From positions 1 to 37,977 of IMG/VR virus record IMGVR_UViG_3300010206_000037: a DNA stretch of 37,977 nt; one strand, given 5' to 3'. Every line of letters starts with the position of its first letter. Within the stretch, counting starts at the first letter, position 1. Position numbers and translations under genes: made by a program. This DNA comes from a virus (Duplodnaviria > Caudoviricetes). Shown here piece by piece: positions 25,304 through 35,350 of the stretch. A model generated the notes under the pieces. The model was not told the DNA's origin. It saw only the letters and a list, made by a program, of their open reading frames with translations, and made no database searches.

Positions 25304-26377
25304 ATGAAGAAGACCATTTTCATCGTTCTCGCCCTCGTGGCTTTCGCCGCCCAGTTCGCTGGCGCGGACACCATCACCGCGCTGGGCCTGCCCCATCAGC
25401 TCGCCGACATCCTGTTCATGGGCGGCGCGTCCATGGCCTTCATCATTCCGGTGCTCCCCGAGCAGACCGGCATGGTCATCGCGTACAAGAACACGGACAA
25501 CATCGCCGATCTTGTGATGCCGGTCAAGAAGAACTTTTCGCAGAAGTTGTCGTTCATGTGGAAGGAACGGAATCTCGCGGATGGTTTTTCAGTACCCGAT
25601 ACCGAGGTTGGCCGTTCCAGCCGTCCGAACTCCATGAATTTCAAGGGTGAATTGAAGCCCGGTCTTGCCGTTGCCTATGGTCTGCTGTCCGAGATTACCC
25701 AGGAAGACATTGACGAGCAGGGAGCCGACAATGTCGGGAATCTGGTCACGGATACGCTACAGGCCCTGATTGACGCTGTGTTGCTGGGCCGTGAATTGCG
25801 TGTCGCTGGAATCGTTCAGAAGGACAGCAACTACCTGGACAAGCAGGTCGTTGCTGTCGATGCGGCCAAGCGTTTCGACGCCGTCGATTCCGACCCCATC
25901 AAGTATATCCGCAACGTGATGAACTCCGCTATTGTGCGTCCCAACGTCATCGGCATGAGCGCGGACGTGTGGGAAGGTCTGGCGACTAATCCTACCGTGG
26001 TGTCCGCTGCTCTGGGCAATGACGGCAAACATGGCGTGGCGACACGCCAGCGTGTCGCCGAACTGCTTGAAGTCAAGCAGATCCTTGTGGGTTCCAGTCT
26101 GGTCAATACTTCCAAGCCTGGTCAGGATCCGAATCTGTCCCGGTGCTGGGGCAATTTCCTGTGGGGACACTACCAGTCTCCGGTTGCCAATGCGACCACC
26201 GGACTGACCTGGGGCATGACCGCCCAGATCGGTGAACGTTATGCGGCTACCTCCGAGGATCCCAATCTGGGTCTCAAGGGCGGTTTCGTCGTGAAGGCTG
26301 GCATGTACCAGGCCGACCTCGTCACCGCGAAGGGTGCCGGATTCCTCCTGAAGAACCCCATCACCCCCGCGACCTGA
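25304..26377 (+). CDS. Major capsid protein with hydrophobic N-terminal leader
   Basis: GAGGAGG RBS; IAYKN..IADLVMP, LLGRELRVA, SDPI..RPN, WGMTAQ, AGFLLKN capsid motifs; gene position. Confidence 0.88.
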   Translation: MKKTIFIVLALVAFAAQFAGADTITALGLPHQLADILFMGGASMAFIIPVLPEQTGMVIAYKNTDNIADLVMPVKKNFSQKLSFMWKERNLADGFSVPDTEVGRSSRPNSMNFKGELKPGLAVAYGLLSEITQEDIDEQGADNVGNLVTDTLQALIDAVLLGRELRVAGIVQKDSNYLDKQVVAVDAAKRFDAVDSDPIKYIRNVMNSAIVRPNVIGMSADVWEGLATNPTVVSAALGNDGKHGVATRQRVAELLEVKQILVGSSLVNTSKPGQDPNLSRCWGNFLWGHYQSPVANATTGLTWGMTAQIGERYAATSEDPNLGLKGGFVVKAGMYQADLVTAKGAGFLLKNPITPAT

Positions 26378-26820
26378 TGAACTACTGCACACTGGAAGAC
26401 ATCAAGGGACATGTTCCGGAACGTCGGCTGGTCGAACTGACCGACGATCTGAATCCGAACGACGAAGGCTCCATCGTGGAAACCGTGGTCGACAAGGCCA
26501 TAGCCGAAGCGGAAACTCTTGTCAACGCCTATGTCGGGAAGCGCTATGCGCTCCCGCTACCCTCGGTGCCTCCAGTGCTGCGCATGGTCGCGGTGGACTT
26601 GTCCATCTACAACCTGTATGAACGCCTCACCGAGATGAATATCACGGAAGGCATGAAGCTGCGCTACAACAACGCAGTGGCCTTGCTCAAGCAGATCGCT
26701 TCTGGCGACCTGCCCTTGGGCCTGCCCGAACCGGAAGCGCCCGTACAGGGCTTTTCCGCCGTCTCGCTGGTCGCGGGTGGACCCGCCCTGTTCACCATGG
26801 ATTCCATGAGGCACATGTGA
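26377..26820 (+). CDS. Head-tail adaptor (Mu gp36, DUF1320)
   Basis: YCTLED..LVELTD..YVGKRYALPL..RYNNAVALLKQIASG. Confidence 0.92.
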   Translation: MNYCTLEDIKGHVPERRLVELTDDLNPNDEGSIVETVVDKAIAEAETLVNAYVGKRYALPLPSVPPVLRMVAVDLSIYNLYERLTEMNITEGMKLRYNNAVALLKQIASGDLPLGLPEPEAPVQGFSAVSLVAGGPALFTMDSMRHM

Positions 26821-27359
26821 TCGACGCATACGAGATCGAGGCCGCACTTGAAGCTTTGTTCCTGGGCGAGACCAGCGACAACAAATTCAAGTCCATAGAT
26901 GTGCAACGTGGCTTGGCCGCACTGACGCGCCCCGGCTTGACATGGGCGGTGCTGGGCGGCAAGTACACCAATGAAAACGGCATGGCCGAAGACATCTACG
27001 AGACCTTCGACATTGTGGGGACGGTCGCGGTCAAGAATGTGGCCTCTGAAAAAGAAAGACGAAAATCAGCCCACGCGGCGATCCGCTACATCACGCTCAA
27101 GCTGTTGGGCAACAAGCTGGATTTGGATATCGAAGAGATCATGCCCACGAAGTGGCGCGAAGCGACGAGCGAAGAACATCTGCAGGCTGGAATTTTGCTG
27201 ATGGAACTCACGTTCAGTACCCGTGCACAGGTCGTGCCCGAAAAGAGCGGCGAGGCCGAGCGGCGCTTGGAAGCCATCTGGACCACTTACACCGACCCTT
27301 CCGATGGTCAGACCGTCGCGGAGTCCAAAGAGAATTTTGACAACGGAGAAACGCCATGA
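26817..27359 (+). CDS. Tail terminator-like protein (Mu gp37 position)
   Basis: Position between gp36 and the sheath gene; size and fold pattern. Confidence 0.65.
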   Translation: MIDAYEIEAALEALFLGETSDNKFKSIDVQRGLAALTRPGLTWAVLGGKYTNENGMAEDIYETFDIVGTVAVKNVASEKERRKSAHAAIRYITLKLLGNKLDLDIEEIMPTKWREATSEEHLQAGILLMELTFSTRAQVVPEKSGEAERRLEAIWTTYTDPSDGQTVAESKENFDNGETP

Positions 27360-28759
27360 AGCTTACCAACAACATTCCCGAGACAATGATCCCGGGTTCC
27401 TATGCGGAGTTCAACTATTACGCGGGTCCCAACGGGCTTCCAGCGAATGTGCAGAAGTTGCTGCTGGTCGGAGCGGGTACCGGTACTCTTGCCGTCGACA
27501 CGCCCGCCGATGTTTACTCCGAAGCGCAGGTTGAATTGCAGGCCGGTCCTGGCTCTGTTTTGCAGGCGATGTATCTTGCAGCGAAGAAGGCGTGGAAGTA
27601 CGCACAGATTACGCTGGTGCGCCATGCGGAACCCGAAGGCGGTTCGGCTGCCGAGTGGGATGTGACCATTGCGACTACCGCAACTAAGAGCGGTCGCCTG
27701 GTGCTTCGCATTGGCTCCGTCCGTGTCGCGGTATCCGTAGCCGTGGGAGCGACTCCCGCAGCACAGGCTACTGCGCTGGCCGCCGCCGTGAATGCCAAGA
27801 CCTCCCTGCCGGTGACCGCATCTGCGACCGATGGCGTGGTGACTCTGACCGCCAAAAATAAAGGGGCGTACATTTCCGCTCTGGGCGGTGTGAGCGTGGA
27901 TGCCGAGGCCGATACCACCGATATGACCATTGCAGTGGTGAAGACCGCTGGCGTGGGTGTGGTGGATATTGAAGACGCATTGAAGGCGGTTTTCCCGGAG
28001 CGCTATCACATCATCGGCGTATCGGTGAATGACACTGCCAATCTTGGTTTGTTGCGCACCCACTTGGAAAGTGCTGCCGCTCCACTTGAAAATCGTGGTC
28101 AGCGTGGCATTGCAGCGTTCTACGGCACACTGGCCGATGTGAAGACTCTGGCGACGGGCAAGAACTACGAGCGCCTGCATATTGGCGCAGTCAAAAATTT
28201 GTCGAATGCGGTCTGGGAAAGTGCTGCGGGCATGTGCGCCGATTTTGCATCCAACAGCCAACCCAACAAGCCCATGAATGGATTGCCCATAGTTGGATTG
28301 GATATACCTGCTGTCGCTGACCGCTGGAGCGGCGAAGAGCAGGATGCGTTGCTGGCATCTGGGGTGATCCCTTTGGTTGTGATCGATGGGCAGTTGTGCA
28401 TTCTGCGGGCTGCCACTACAAAGTCCTCGAAGGATGGCGTGCGCTTCGAGAAGCTTGTGGATACCGGCGTGATCGCTTCGCTGGACTACACCCGCGATGC
28501 GCTGCGGGCCATGCATCTCATCAAGTACAAAAATGCCGTAATTCACAATTTGTTGCCTGATGCCATCAACGAAGACAATATCGCGGTATGCCGCGACCTG
28601 GAATCGGCGAACATCCATCGCAACGTGGATGCCAACCTGGACAAGTTTATCACCCAGGAATCTACCGACGTGCCTGGTCGTGTCTTGTGTCGCGTGCCCG
28701 CAGGCATTGTGCCTGGGCTGAACCAGATTTATACCACCATTGACCTGTACCTGAACTGA
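27356..28759 (+). CDS. Tail sheath protein (Mu gpL-like)
   Basis: PGSYAEFN, GPGSVL..M, QPNKPMN, LLASGVIPL..RAATT, LDYTRD, VPGLNQ. Confidence 0.95.
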   Translation: MKLTNNIPETMIPGSYAEFNYYAGPNGLPANVQKLLLVGAGTGTLAVDTPADVYSEAQVELQAGPGSVLQAMYLAAKKAWKYAQITLVRHAEPEGGSAAEWDVTIATTATKSGRLVLRIGSVRVAVSVAVGATPAAQATALAAAVNAKTSLPVTASATDGVVTLTAKNKGAYISALGGVSVDAEADTTDMTIAVVKTAGVGVVDIEDALKAVFPERYHIIGVSVNDTANLGLLRTHLESAAAPLENRGQRGIAAFYGTLADVKTLATGKNYERLHIGAVKNLSNAVWESAAGMCADFASNSQPNKPMNGLPIVGLDIPAVADRWSGEEQDALLASGVIPLVVIDGQLCILRAATTKSSKDGVRFEKLVDTGVIASLDYTRDALRAMHLIKYKNAVIHNLLPDAINEDNIAVCRDLESANIHRNVDANLDKFITQESTDVPGRVLCRVPAGIVPGLNQIYTTIDLYLN

Positions 28760-28767
28760 GGTAGAAC

Positions 28768-29115
28768 ATGAGCAAGATTATGCGTTGTGAATTGATGCTT
28801 GACGGTGAAAAAATCATCGGCTTCAAGTCGTTCAAAGAAAATGAAATCGAAGAAGCCATTGTCGTCGAGACGATGGATGGGCAGGACGTTGGTGACGTGC
28901 CTGAAAAATATGGCTTCTCGCTCAAGTATCTCCCCGATAGCGGTGCCGACCGTGAATGGCGTGGGACACGCAATGCGACCCTTATTTTCCAGCGCACCGG
29001 CGGGAAGAAAATTGTTTACACCGGTTGCCGCTTGTTGAAGTGGTCGCCAAGTGAAATGGATGGTAAAACTGCGCTCGAATACCAGTTGGATTTTTACGCC
29101 AAAGGCCGGAAATGA
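28768..29115 (+). CDS. Tail tube protein
   Basis: 115-aa beta-rich protein directly after the sheath gene; YTGCRL motif. Confidence 0.8.
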   Translation: MSKIMRCELMLDGEKIIGFKSFKENEIEEAIVVETMDGQDVGDVPEKYGFSLKYLPDSGADREWRGTRNATLIFQRTGGKKIVYTGCRLLKWSPSEMDGKTALEYQLDFYAKGRK

Positions 29116-29648
29116 GCATCCGCGAACAAATCCGCAATGGTAGCGACGACGAAGGCGAGTCCGTGCTGGACAAGCTTCGTGCAGGTACCGACAACCGGCG
29201 CGAGTTCGGATGGCCAGGCAAGCCCGATGTGAAGGTAGCCGTGCGGTTGCTGTCGGCCAAGGAAATCACCTCGGCAAAGTTTGCCAACCAGCGCGAGTTC
29301 AAGCAGTCAGGCATTGACATCGCCATCCATAACCTGCCAGATTATCGCGAGCAGGAGGCCGACCATATCTTGTGGCGTGCTTTGGTGGACTTGGATGGGA
29401 AGAAGTTGTTCTCGTCGGTGGACGATTTCCGAGTGTTTTGCTCGCGGGAAGAAACCGCCGCGTTGAGTCGCGAGTATAACGCGCTCTCCGAGGAGTGCGA
29501 TCCTGGTGTTGATACGATGGACGAAAGCGGACTCAAAGAACTGCTGGAACTCGTAAAAAAAAAGCCGGACCTGATAGCTTCGAAGGTTTCAAGTTTGCCC
29601 ATGGCGCAGAGGCTGCTGCTTACTTTGGTCGGCCAGCCCACGAGCTGA
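29112..29648 (+). CDS. Tail assembly chaperone (G form)
   Basis: Between tube and TMP; ends shortly after a VKKKP slippery site. Confidence 0.85.
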   Translation: MSIREQIRNGSDDEGESVLDKLRAGTDNRREFGWPGKPDVKVAVRLLSAKEITSAKFANQREFKQSGIDIAIHNLPDYREQEADHILWRALVDLDGKKLFSSVDDFRVFCSREETAALSREYNALSEECDPGVDTMDESGLKELLELVKKKPDLIASKVSSLPMAQRLLLTLVGQPTS

Positions 29649-29746
29649 CCGATGGGCAATGGCTGATAGCGCTGTCGCTGTCGGGAAGTCTGAAGAAAGA
29701 AAACAACGACGGATTCGAGGATATTATAGATGGCGACGACTGTTGA
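29112..29746 (+). CDS. Tail assembly chaperone GT form via -1 programmed frameshift
   Basis: In-frame A AAA AAG at 29558-29564. The -1 frame stays open to TGA 29744-29746 and encodes ..AAYFGRPAHELTDGQWLIAL.. Confidence 0.8.
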
Positions 29747-31814
29747 TGGCATTGCAATCCGACTAGGCGCTGATCCGACTGGATTACAGCAGGGCATCCG
29801 CAGGGCTGAAGCTGCCATTGATACCTTTGGCTCCCGTGCCAAGGCGGTTATTGGCCGCATGGGCACGGCCATCAAGGGTACCGCCGACCGTGCGTTGAAT
29901 CCGCTGACTGCCGCACTTACGGGCGGCGGCATTGCCGTGGCAGTGAATCAGATCAACGGTGTCGAACTGGCGATGACTCGCTTGGGAAACCAAGCAGGGT
30001 GGAGCGCAGATAAGATTGCGCAGGTCACCGCGCAGGCTTATGCCTCCGCCAAGAGGACTGGCCAGCCCGTCGAAGAACTCGTCGCCGGTATGGCTCGGTT
30101 CGTAGATGCGACTGGCGATGGAGAGACCGCCATCGCGTTGCTAGGCGATACAGCGACAGCTTCCAGTGCCGTGGGTGCTGGTTTTGAGGATATGGGTGCC
30201 ATTGCTGCACAATTGGGACAAAAGTTTAACATCGCCAAAGAAGACCTGGGAGCATGGTTTGAGATTTTGTCCACTCAGGGAGATAAGGGAGCGTTTACAT
30301 TGGCGGATCTCGCCAACAACGGCGAGCGTCTATTTTCCGCAGCGGCATCAGGCGGAACCACTCAAGCAGGCTTGCGCTCGTTTGGTGCGTTGATTCAAGT
30401 CGCGCGCGGAGCTACGGGATCTGCGGAACAGGCCACCACGGCCATTGAGGCCACGTTCCGTTCCTTCAAACAGAAGGCGGGGGATATTCGGAAATTGACT
30501 GGATTCGATGTGTTCGACGGTCAAGGCAATCTCAAGGATGCTGAAACAATTCTGAAGGCCATTTACGATTACACAGATGGCAGCACAAAGAAACTGACCA
30601 AATTCGGTTTTGATTCCGAAGCTATGCGTTTCATCGAAGAATTCCAGCGGAAGAGAAAAGAAGGCGGTGACTATGGCTTCCTTGAAGACTTGAAGAATGC
30701 TGCGCCAGCCGCCAAGGATATGAACAATATCCAAGAAAAGTTTGGTCGGGTGATGGCGAACAATGCCATGCAGTTGCGAGCAGCCAAGGCAGGAATGCAG
30801 CAACTGCTGGCCGTGCATATGGCTGGCCCCATCGACAAGTTCACCAAGGCCCTGCAATACTTGAACGAACACCAAAAACTGGTTGAATATGGTTTCATGG
30901 CTATCGCTGCTGCTGCCGCTGCACTGGTGGCCGTCAAGGTGGCGTCATGGGGCATGGAGATGGCCAAGTTCGGAAAGGAACTGTTCGACATCGCCAAGGG
31001 GAAAAAAGGCGGTACCGGGGGGGCTCTGGGCGATGTGGTGGACGGCATCGGGGTGCAGAAGGTTTATGTGGTGAACATGCCTGGTGGTGGTCTGCCTGGT
31101 ATGGGTGGCATTCCCGGAGGGTCCGAATTCCCCATGCCGAAGGCTCCTACGGCAGCTCCGAAAGCCGCGGGGTGGTTCACACGGTTGTTTCCGAGTTTCG
31201 CCAAAGGGCTTAACATTGTGAAGTCTAATCTGCTTTCGCTTGGCGGGATTATAGCCTTGTGGGGTGCTAAAATCGGGCTCGCCTTTTCCGCAGTAGGCAC
31301 TGCGATAGGTACCGCATTGGTTGCTACGGCTCCTCTTTGGGTGACTATTGCAGGCTTGACTGTCGCAGCTGGTGCCCTGCTGTTCATGCTAGGCCAATTC
31401 ATTAATTTACAGATTGAGCGCAATGCGGCCGAGAAGCGCATAGTTGACATGCAGAAGGGCAATGCCGCGACCATCTACAGCAAGTACGGCGAAGAGGCGT
31501 CTGGACTATTGTCCCAGAGCCAGGACATTGACCGTGAAATCGCCATGGAGGAATCTACCTGGTTCCCTGATCAAGAGAAGATTGACAATCTGTTGGCACA
31601 CAAAAGCAACCTGGATTCCATGTATCGTGACGCGGTCAAGCAGTCCATCGCCCGTCGCAAAGACTCCGTCGTCGGCCAGGATACCCCGATCAATAACGAG
31701 TTCAAGATATTCGTGGATCCCGCCAAGCAGACTGCCGTGGTCGAACAGGTGAACGGTCCAGTCAATGGCAAGTTCAAGGCGAGTACCAAACCATGGTCTG
31801 GAGGCTTTCAATGA
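29730..31814 (+). CDS. Tape measure protein
   Basis: Ala/Gly-rich helical protein, QGDKGAFTLADLA, VQKVYVVNMPG, hydrophobic segments. Confidence 0.92.
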   Translation: MATTVDGIAIRLGADPTGLQQGIRRAEAAIDTFGSRAKAVIGRMGTAIKGTADRALNPLTAALTGGGIAVAVNQINGVELAMTRLGNQAGWSADKIAQVTAQAYASAKRTGQPVEELVAGMARFVDATGDGETAIALLGDTATASSAVGAGFEDMGAIAAQLGQKFNIAKEDLGAWFEILSTQGDKGAFTLADLANNGERLFSAAASGGTTQAGLRSFGALIQVARGATGSAEQATTAIEATFRSFKQKAGDIRKLTGFDVFDGQGNLKDAETILKAIYDYTDGSTKKLTKFGFDSEAMRFIEEFQRKRKEGGDYGFLEDLKNAAPAAKDMNNIQEKFGRVMANNAMQLRAAKAGMQQLLAVHMAGPIDKFTKALQYLNEHQKLVEYGFMAIAAAAAALVAVKVASWGMEMAKFGKELFDIAKGKKGGTGGALGDVVDGIGVQKVYVVNMPGGGLPGMGGIPGGSEFPMPKAPTAAPKAAGWFTRLFPSFAKGLNIVKSNLLSLGGIIALWGAKIGLAFSAVGTAIGTALVATAPLWVTIAGLTVAAGALLFMLGQFINLQIERNAAEKRIVDMQKGNAATIYSKYGEEASGLLSQSQDIDREIAMEESTWFPDQEKIDNLLAHKSNLDSMYRDAVKQSIARRKDSVVGQDTPINNEFKIFVDPAKQTAVVEQVNGPVNGKFKASTKPWSGGFQ

Positions 31815-33085
31815 GCGCAATCGTAACCCTTGGCAAATGGTCCCTAGTTCTCGTTTCCATGGACGCCGATATCAAGCACGCCCTGTCCGTGACCAGTTAT
31901 CCGTACCGTGACGGTGCGGACGTGGACGACATGGGTGTGGAGCCTACTGTGCACCGTTTCGAGTGCGTCCTGCTCAACGACCAGTTCGACCGCGAGTACG
32001 AAGCATTCCACGACTGGACGCTTGCCCGCTTTATTGATCCCGTTGAAATTTACCACCCCGACCTGGGCACCCTGTACGGTTATCCCGGTACGTTCAGTAT
32101 TCGCCGTTCTGGCCTGCGCCGCGCTGACATCGGTTTTGATTTTACCGTGTCGGGCCTGCGCCCCTCCACTCAGGCGTATCTGGATGTGGAACGCGCCGCC
32201 GATTCCGCTGTGATCGCGCTGAATAAATCGGTCAACGTCTCTATTGCCGGCTCGATGCAGAAAGTAGGCGTCCCTGATGTCGAAGGCTCCGACTGGTCTT
32301 TGCTCGACAAGTGGGGTTCGATGGGCACGGCTGCACGGACGTTTGCGACGTCTGCTCAAACGGCAACCGGCAAGCTGATGGGCACCATTGCTCAGGTGCA
32401 GGCTCCCGTGGACGCAATCAGCGCAACCATTGATTACACATCGACCCTTTCTGGCACTCTCACACAATCCATCCAGCAGTGTGTAGAAGCGTTTGTTTCG
32501 CTTGCCCGCAAACTGTCGTCGCCGTCCGGCACCCGTAGCGACAGCAAGTCCATCGTGGCGACCATGGTGGCCGATGTGCTGGCCATGCGTACCGATCTTG
32601 CCGAGTCACCAGATTCCGTACGGTCCGGTTATGAGACCATAGCCACAGCCGCTGTTGCCCGCGAGGCCTCGCGTTTAGTCGCCAAGGACGAGGCTGCGTT
32701 GTCCGCGAGCATCGCCGCCGAAAAGGTGGTTCTAGAAGATACCGAGGGTAGGCAGATCGACGAACCACAGGCTCCCTATTTGCTGACGCCCGCCGAACTT
32801 GAGGACATGCTGGTCATGGTTCGATCCTTGATCCAGACAGTACTTGCGACATCCACGGATCCGGACACTCTCAAACGCATGGCATCCGACTTGACTGAAA
32901 CCGTGCGCAGAGTGAAGCTCGAATACATGACAACCCGGACCGTGACCCTTAATTCCAGCATGCCGTTGCATGCTCTTTTGTCTGCGCAGGGGCTGGATTA
33001 CAAAGCCGCCGAACGGGTGGCTGCGCTCAACGGCGTCAAGAATCCCACCTTCATGCATGGCGAGGTGCTTGTCTATGCGTCCTGA
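31811..33085 (+). CDS. DNA circularisation protein (Mu gpN-like)
   Basis: YPYRDGADVDDMG, HPDLG, C-terminal LNGVKNPTF. Confidence 0.88.
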   Translation: MSAIVTLGKWSLVLVSMDADIKHALSVTSYPYRDGADVDDMGVEPTVHRFECVLLNDQFDREYEAFHDWTLARFIDPVEIYHPDLGTLYGYPGTFSIRRSGLRRADIGFDFTVSGLRPSTQAYLDVERAADSAVIALNKSVNVSIAGSMQKVGVPDVEGSDWSLLDKWGSMGTAARTFATSAQTATGKLMGTIAQVQAPVDAISATIDYTSTLSGTLTQSIQQCVEAFVSLARKLSSPSGTRSDSKSIVATMVADVLAMRTDLAESPDSVRSGYETIATAAVAREASRLVAKDEAALSASIAAEKVVLEDTEGRQIDEPQAPYLLTPAELEDMLVMVRSLIQTVLATSTDPDTLKRMASDLTETVRRVKLEYMTTRTVTLNSSMPLHALLSAQGLDYKAAERVAALNGVKNPTFMHGEVLVYAS

Positions 33086-34076
33086 TCAGCTGGAACTACG
33101 CGCTGGTGGTGAGCGCCTTGATAAATGGGTGCGTTATACGGTATCCAATGGACTGTACGAGCCCGAGGGTTCGTTCGAGCTGGAAACCTCGGCGCTGGTA
33201 AAAACCAAGAAGGGCGACTCCGCCCAAATATGGATCAACGGCAGGCTTGAGTTTACTGGAATCGTGGACAGGGTGGTGCGCAAGACCAGTCGAAGTGGTA
33301 GCACCCGCATGGTGACTGGACGCTCGTTGTGCGCCGTGCTGGTTGACTCGTCAGTGACGGATTTCAGGACGTCCATGCCGACCAGCCTGCCCGCGTTGGC
33401 CGAGCACCTGATCCGTAAACTGCCATTCATCGGGAAAAAGGATTTCGTCTTTAATTCGGGTAGCGACAAGGCGAAGCTGAAGCGGGACTTCGTGCAGGCC
33501 TCGCCTGGCGATTCCGTGTTCGATGTGCTGAAGCGTGCCGCGAACTCGCAGGGCTATCTGTTCTGGTGCACCGCCGACGGGCGTTTTGTTTTTGATAAGC
33601 CAGCCGTGACTGGTGATGCGAAGTTCCGCATCACGGGCCGTCCCGGAACCACCAACTACATCGACGGCTCGGTGAGCGAGTCCATTGAGGATTGTCATTC
33701 TGAAGTGATCGTCATGGGCGAGAGCCAGTCGGACGACGGAGGCCACAAGTATGTGGCGGCCACGGCCAAGGCCGTGTCGTTCCCGTTTTACCGGCCCTTG
33801 GTCGTGCCGTGGAACGAGGACGAAGGACTGGCCCGGAAGACCGCCGAACTGCGCCTTGCCGCCGAAAAAGCCCAGGGAACCGAGCTGGAATACACTATGC
33901 CCGACCATGCGCAGAACGGACGCAACTGGACGCTCAATGATTTTTGCCGGGTCGAAGACGAGAGCAACGAAGCGGACGGCACCTATCTGGTGGTCAACCG
34001 CACATTCACATTGAGCCGGGACGAAGGTCCGCATACACAGGTGCGCCTGCAGCCCGGCGGGAGTCTAGGGCAATGA
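33075..34076 (+). CDS. Baseplate hub (Mu gpP/gp44-like)
   Basis: FTGIVD..GRSLCAVLVDSS, PGDSVFDVL..A..G; ATG 33075 has a GAGG RBS. Confidence 0.9.
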   Translation: MRPDQLELRAGGERLDKWVRYTVSNGLYEPEGSFELETSALVKTKKGDSAQIWINGRLEFTGIVDRVVRKTSRSGSTRMVTGRSLCAVLVDSSVTDFRTSMPTSLPALAEHLIRKLPFIGKKDFVFNSGSDKAKLKRDFVQASPGDSVFDVLKRAANSQGYLFWCTADGRFVFDKPAVTGDAKFRITGRPGTTNYIDGSVSESIEDCHSEVIVMGESQSDDGGHKYVAATAKAVSFPFYRPLVVPWNEDEGLARKTAELRLAAEKAQGTELEYTMPDHAQNGRNWTLNDFCRVEDESNEADGTYLVVNRTFTLSRDEGPHTQVRLQPGGSLGQ

Positions 34077-34552
34077 TGACGTTTTTTACCAGCACGGTCA
34101 CTAAGTGCAAAGACATCGCGGGCAATCTGCGCCTGGTATCGGCATTGGCAGGCGGTATTCTGATCGAGAACCGCCAGCTTATGCAACAGAGCGGGTTCTG
34201 CTCCGTGCCGCGTCCGGGCGACCGCGTGGCCTTTCTACGCCTGGGTAATCTTATCCTCGGCATCGCCAGCGACAGCGCCGACAAGCCCGCCGTGGCCGAA
34301 GGCGAGGCCGCATTGTACGGATCCGCGCAGTGCTATGTGCTGGTGCGCCCGGACGGCTCCATCGAGATAAAGGCTCCTGGCGATGTGACCGTATCCGGAA
34401 ATCTGAAGTGCACAGGCGACGTGAGCGATGCGGTCGGCCCGCTATCGGTGCTCCGCGACAAATACAATTCCCATAAGCACGTTGGAAACCTTGGGGCGCC
34501 TACAAGCCCAACCATGCCTGACGGGCAGGATCTGGGAGGCGCGAATGCTTGA
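34073..34552 (+). CDS. Baseplate spike (Mu gp45-like)
   Basis: QQSGFCSVP.PG, GEAALY, GDVSD, HKH metal-binding tip motif. Confidence 0.9.
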   Translation: MMTFFTSTVTKCKDIAGNLRLVSALAGGILIENRQLMQQSGFCSVPRPGDRVAFLRLGNLILGIASDSADKPAVAEGEAALYGSAQCYVLVRPDGSIEIKAPGDVTVSGNLKCTGDVSDAVGPLSVLRDKYNSHKHVGNLGAPTSPTMPDGQDLGGANA

Positions 34553-35036
34553 CCTCGTTTCGCTTGATGCTGATTTTTCTCGAATCGTCAATGGTGCGGA
34601 TGGCAAAACGTCGGTGGCCTCCGATCTGGCAAAAGCCTACAACGACTACGCCAAAGGCGCTGTGATTCCGGGGGCCGACTGTTCAGCCGGTGGCGATCTT
34701 TCTTTGCTGGAATCGGCCTTCACGAGCGACAACAGCCCAGCGACCCTGCTCAACATGGCGGTCAAGCTATGCGTTTACTGGCAGGACCTCCCCAAGCCCG
34801 GCTTGCCTGCCCATGGTGGAGTGGCGGTTGTCTCCGTCGTTCCATCCTTCCAGACTCTTAATTCTGCAGTATATGTGGCCATTGCTAGTTGCGTAACTAC
34901 GACCCAGTTTGAAAAGCCTTTCAAACGCCTGTTCGGTGCCATTGAAGGAGTATTGAAAGCTGCGACCATAGTGGTCACCGAAACCATGCCCACAACACCG
35001 CCAACTCCTGCCGCATTTCCGGAGCTTTTACAATGA
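34545..35036 (+). CDS. Hypothetical baseplate-region protein
   Basis: GGAGG RBS; overlaps both neighbours; 163 aa; no family recognised. Confidence 0.7.
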   Translation: MLDLVSLDADFSRIVNGADGKTSVASDLAKAYNDYAKGAVIPGADCSAGGDLSLLESAFTSDNSPATLLNMAVKLCVYWQDLPKPGLPAHGGVAVVSVVPSFQTLNSAVYVAIASCVTTTQFEKPFKRLFGAIEGVLKAATIVVTETMPTTPPTPAAFPELLQ

Positions 35037-35350
35037 CGCCTGCCCAGCTTCAAGATAACGTACGCCTATCGTTGATGGTGCCAAAGGGCTCCCTTTACAA
35101 GCGTCCAGACTTCGGACATCGCCTAAACGAACTGTCGAACGAGGTGGTATCGGAGTCCACTAGGCGCAGGGCCGAGGCCTATGCCAAAGAGGCCTTGCAG
35201 TGGATGAAGGAAGTTGATCGCGCCGCTACGGTGGATGCCACGGCGGTCTACGATGAGAATGACCGTCTCTTTTTGCATGTCGAGGTAACCTCGCGTTCTG
35301 GATCGTCAGTGGTATTTGATCGTTTTGTGGGGGTATCCGATGTCCAGTAA
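35033..35350 (+). CDS. Sheath initiator/baseplate wedge (Mu gp46-like)
   Basis: GSLY..PDFGHRL..AEAYAKEALQWM. Confidence 0.88.
   Translation: MTPAQLQDNVRLSLMVPKGSLYKRPDFGHRLNELSNEVVSESTRRRAEAYAKEALQWMKEVDRAATVDATAVYDENDRLFLHVEVTSRSGSSVVFDRFVGVSDVQ

Noticed and set aside
29555-29563. A9 tract as a sequencing error or phase-variable site
   Set aside because: Position and frame match the canonical tail-chaperone slippery site, and both frames give sensible products.
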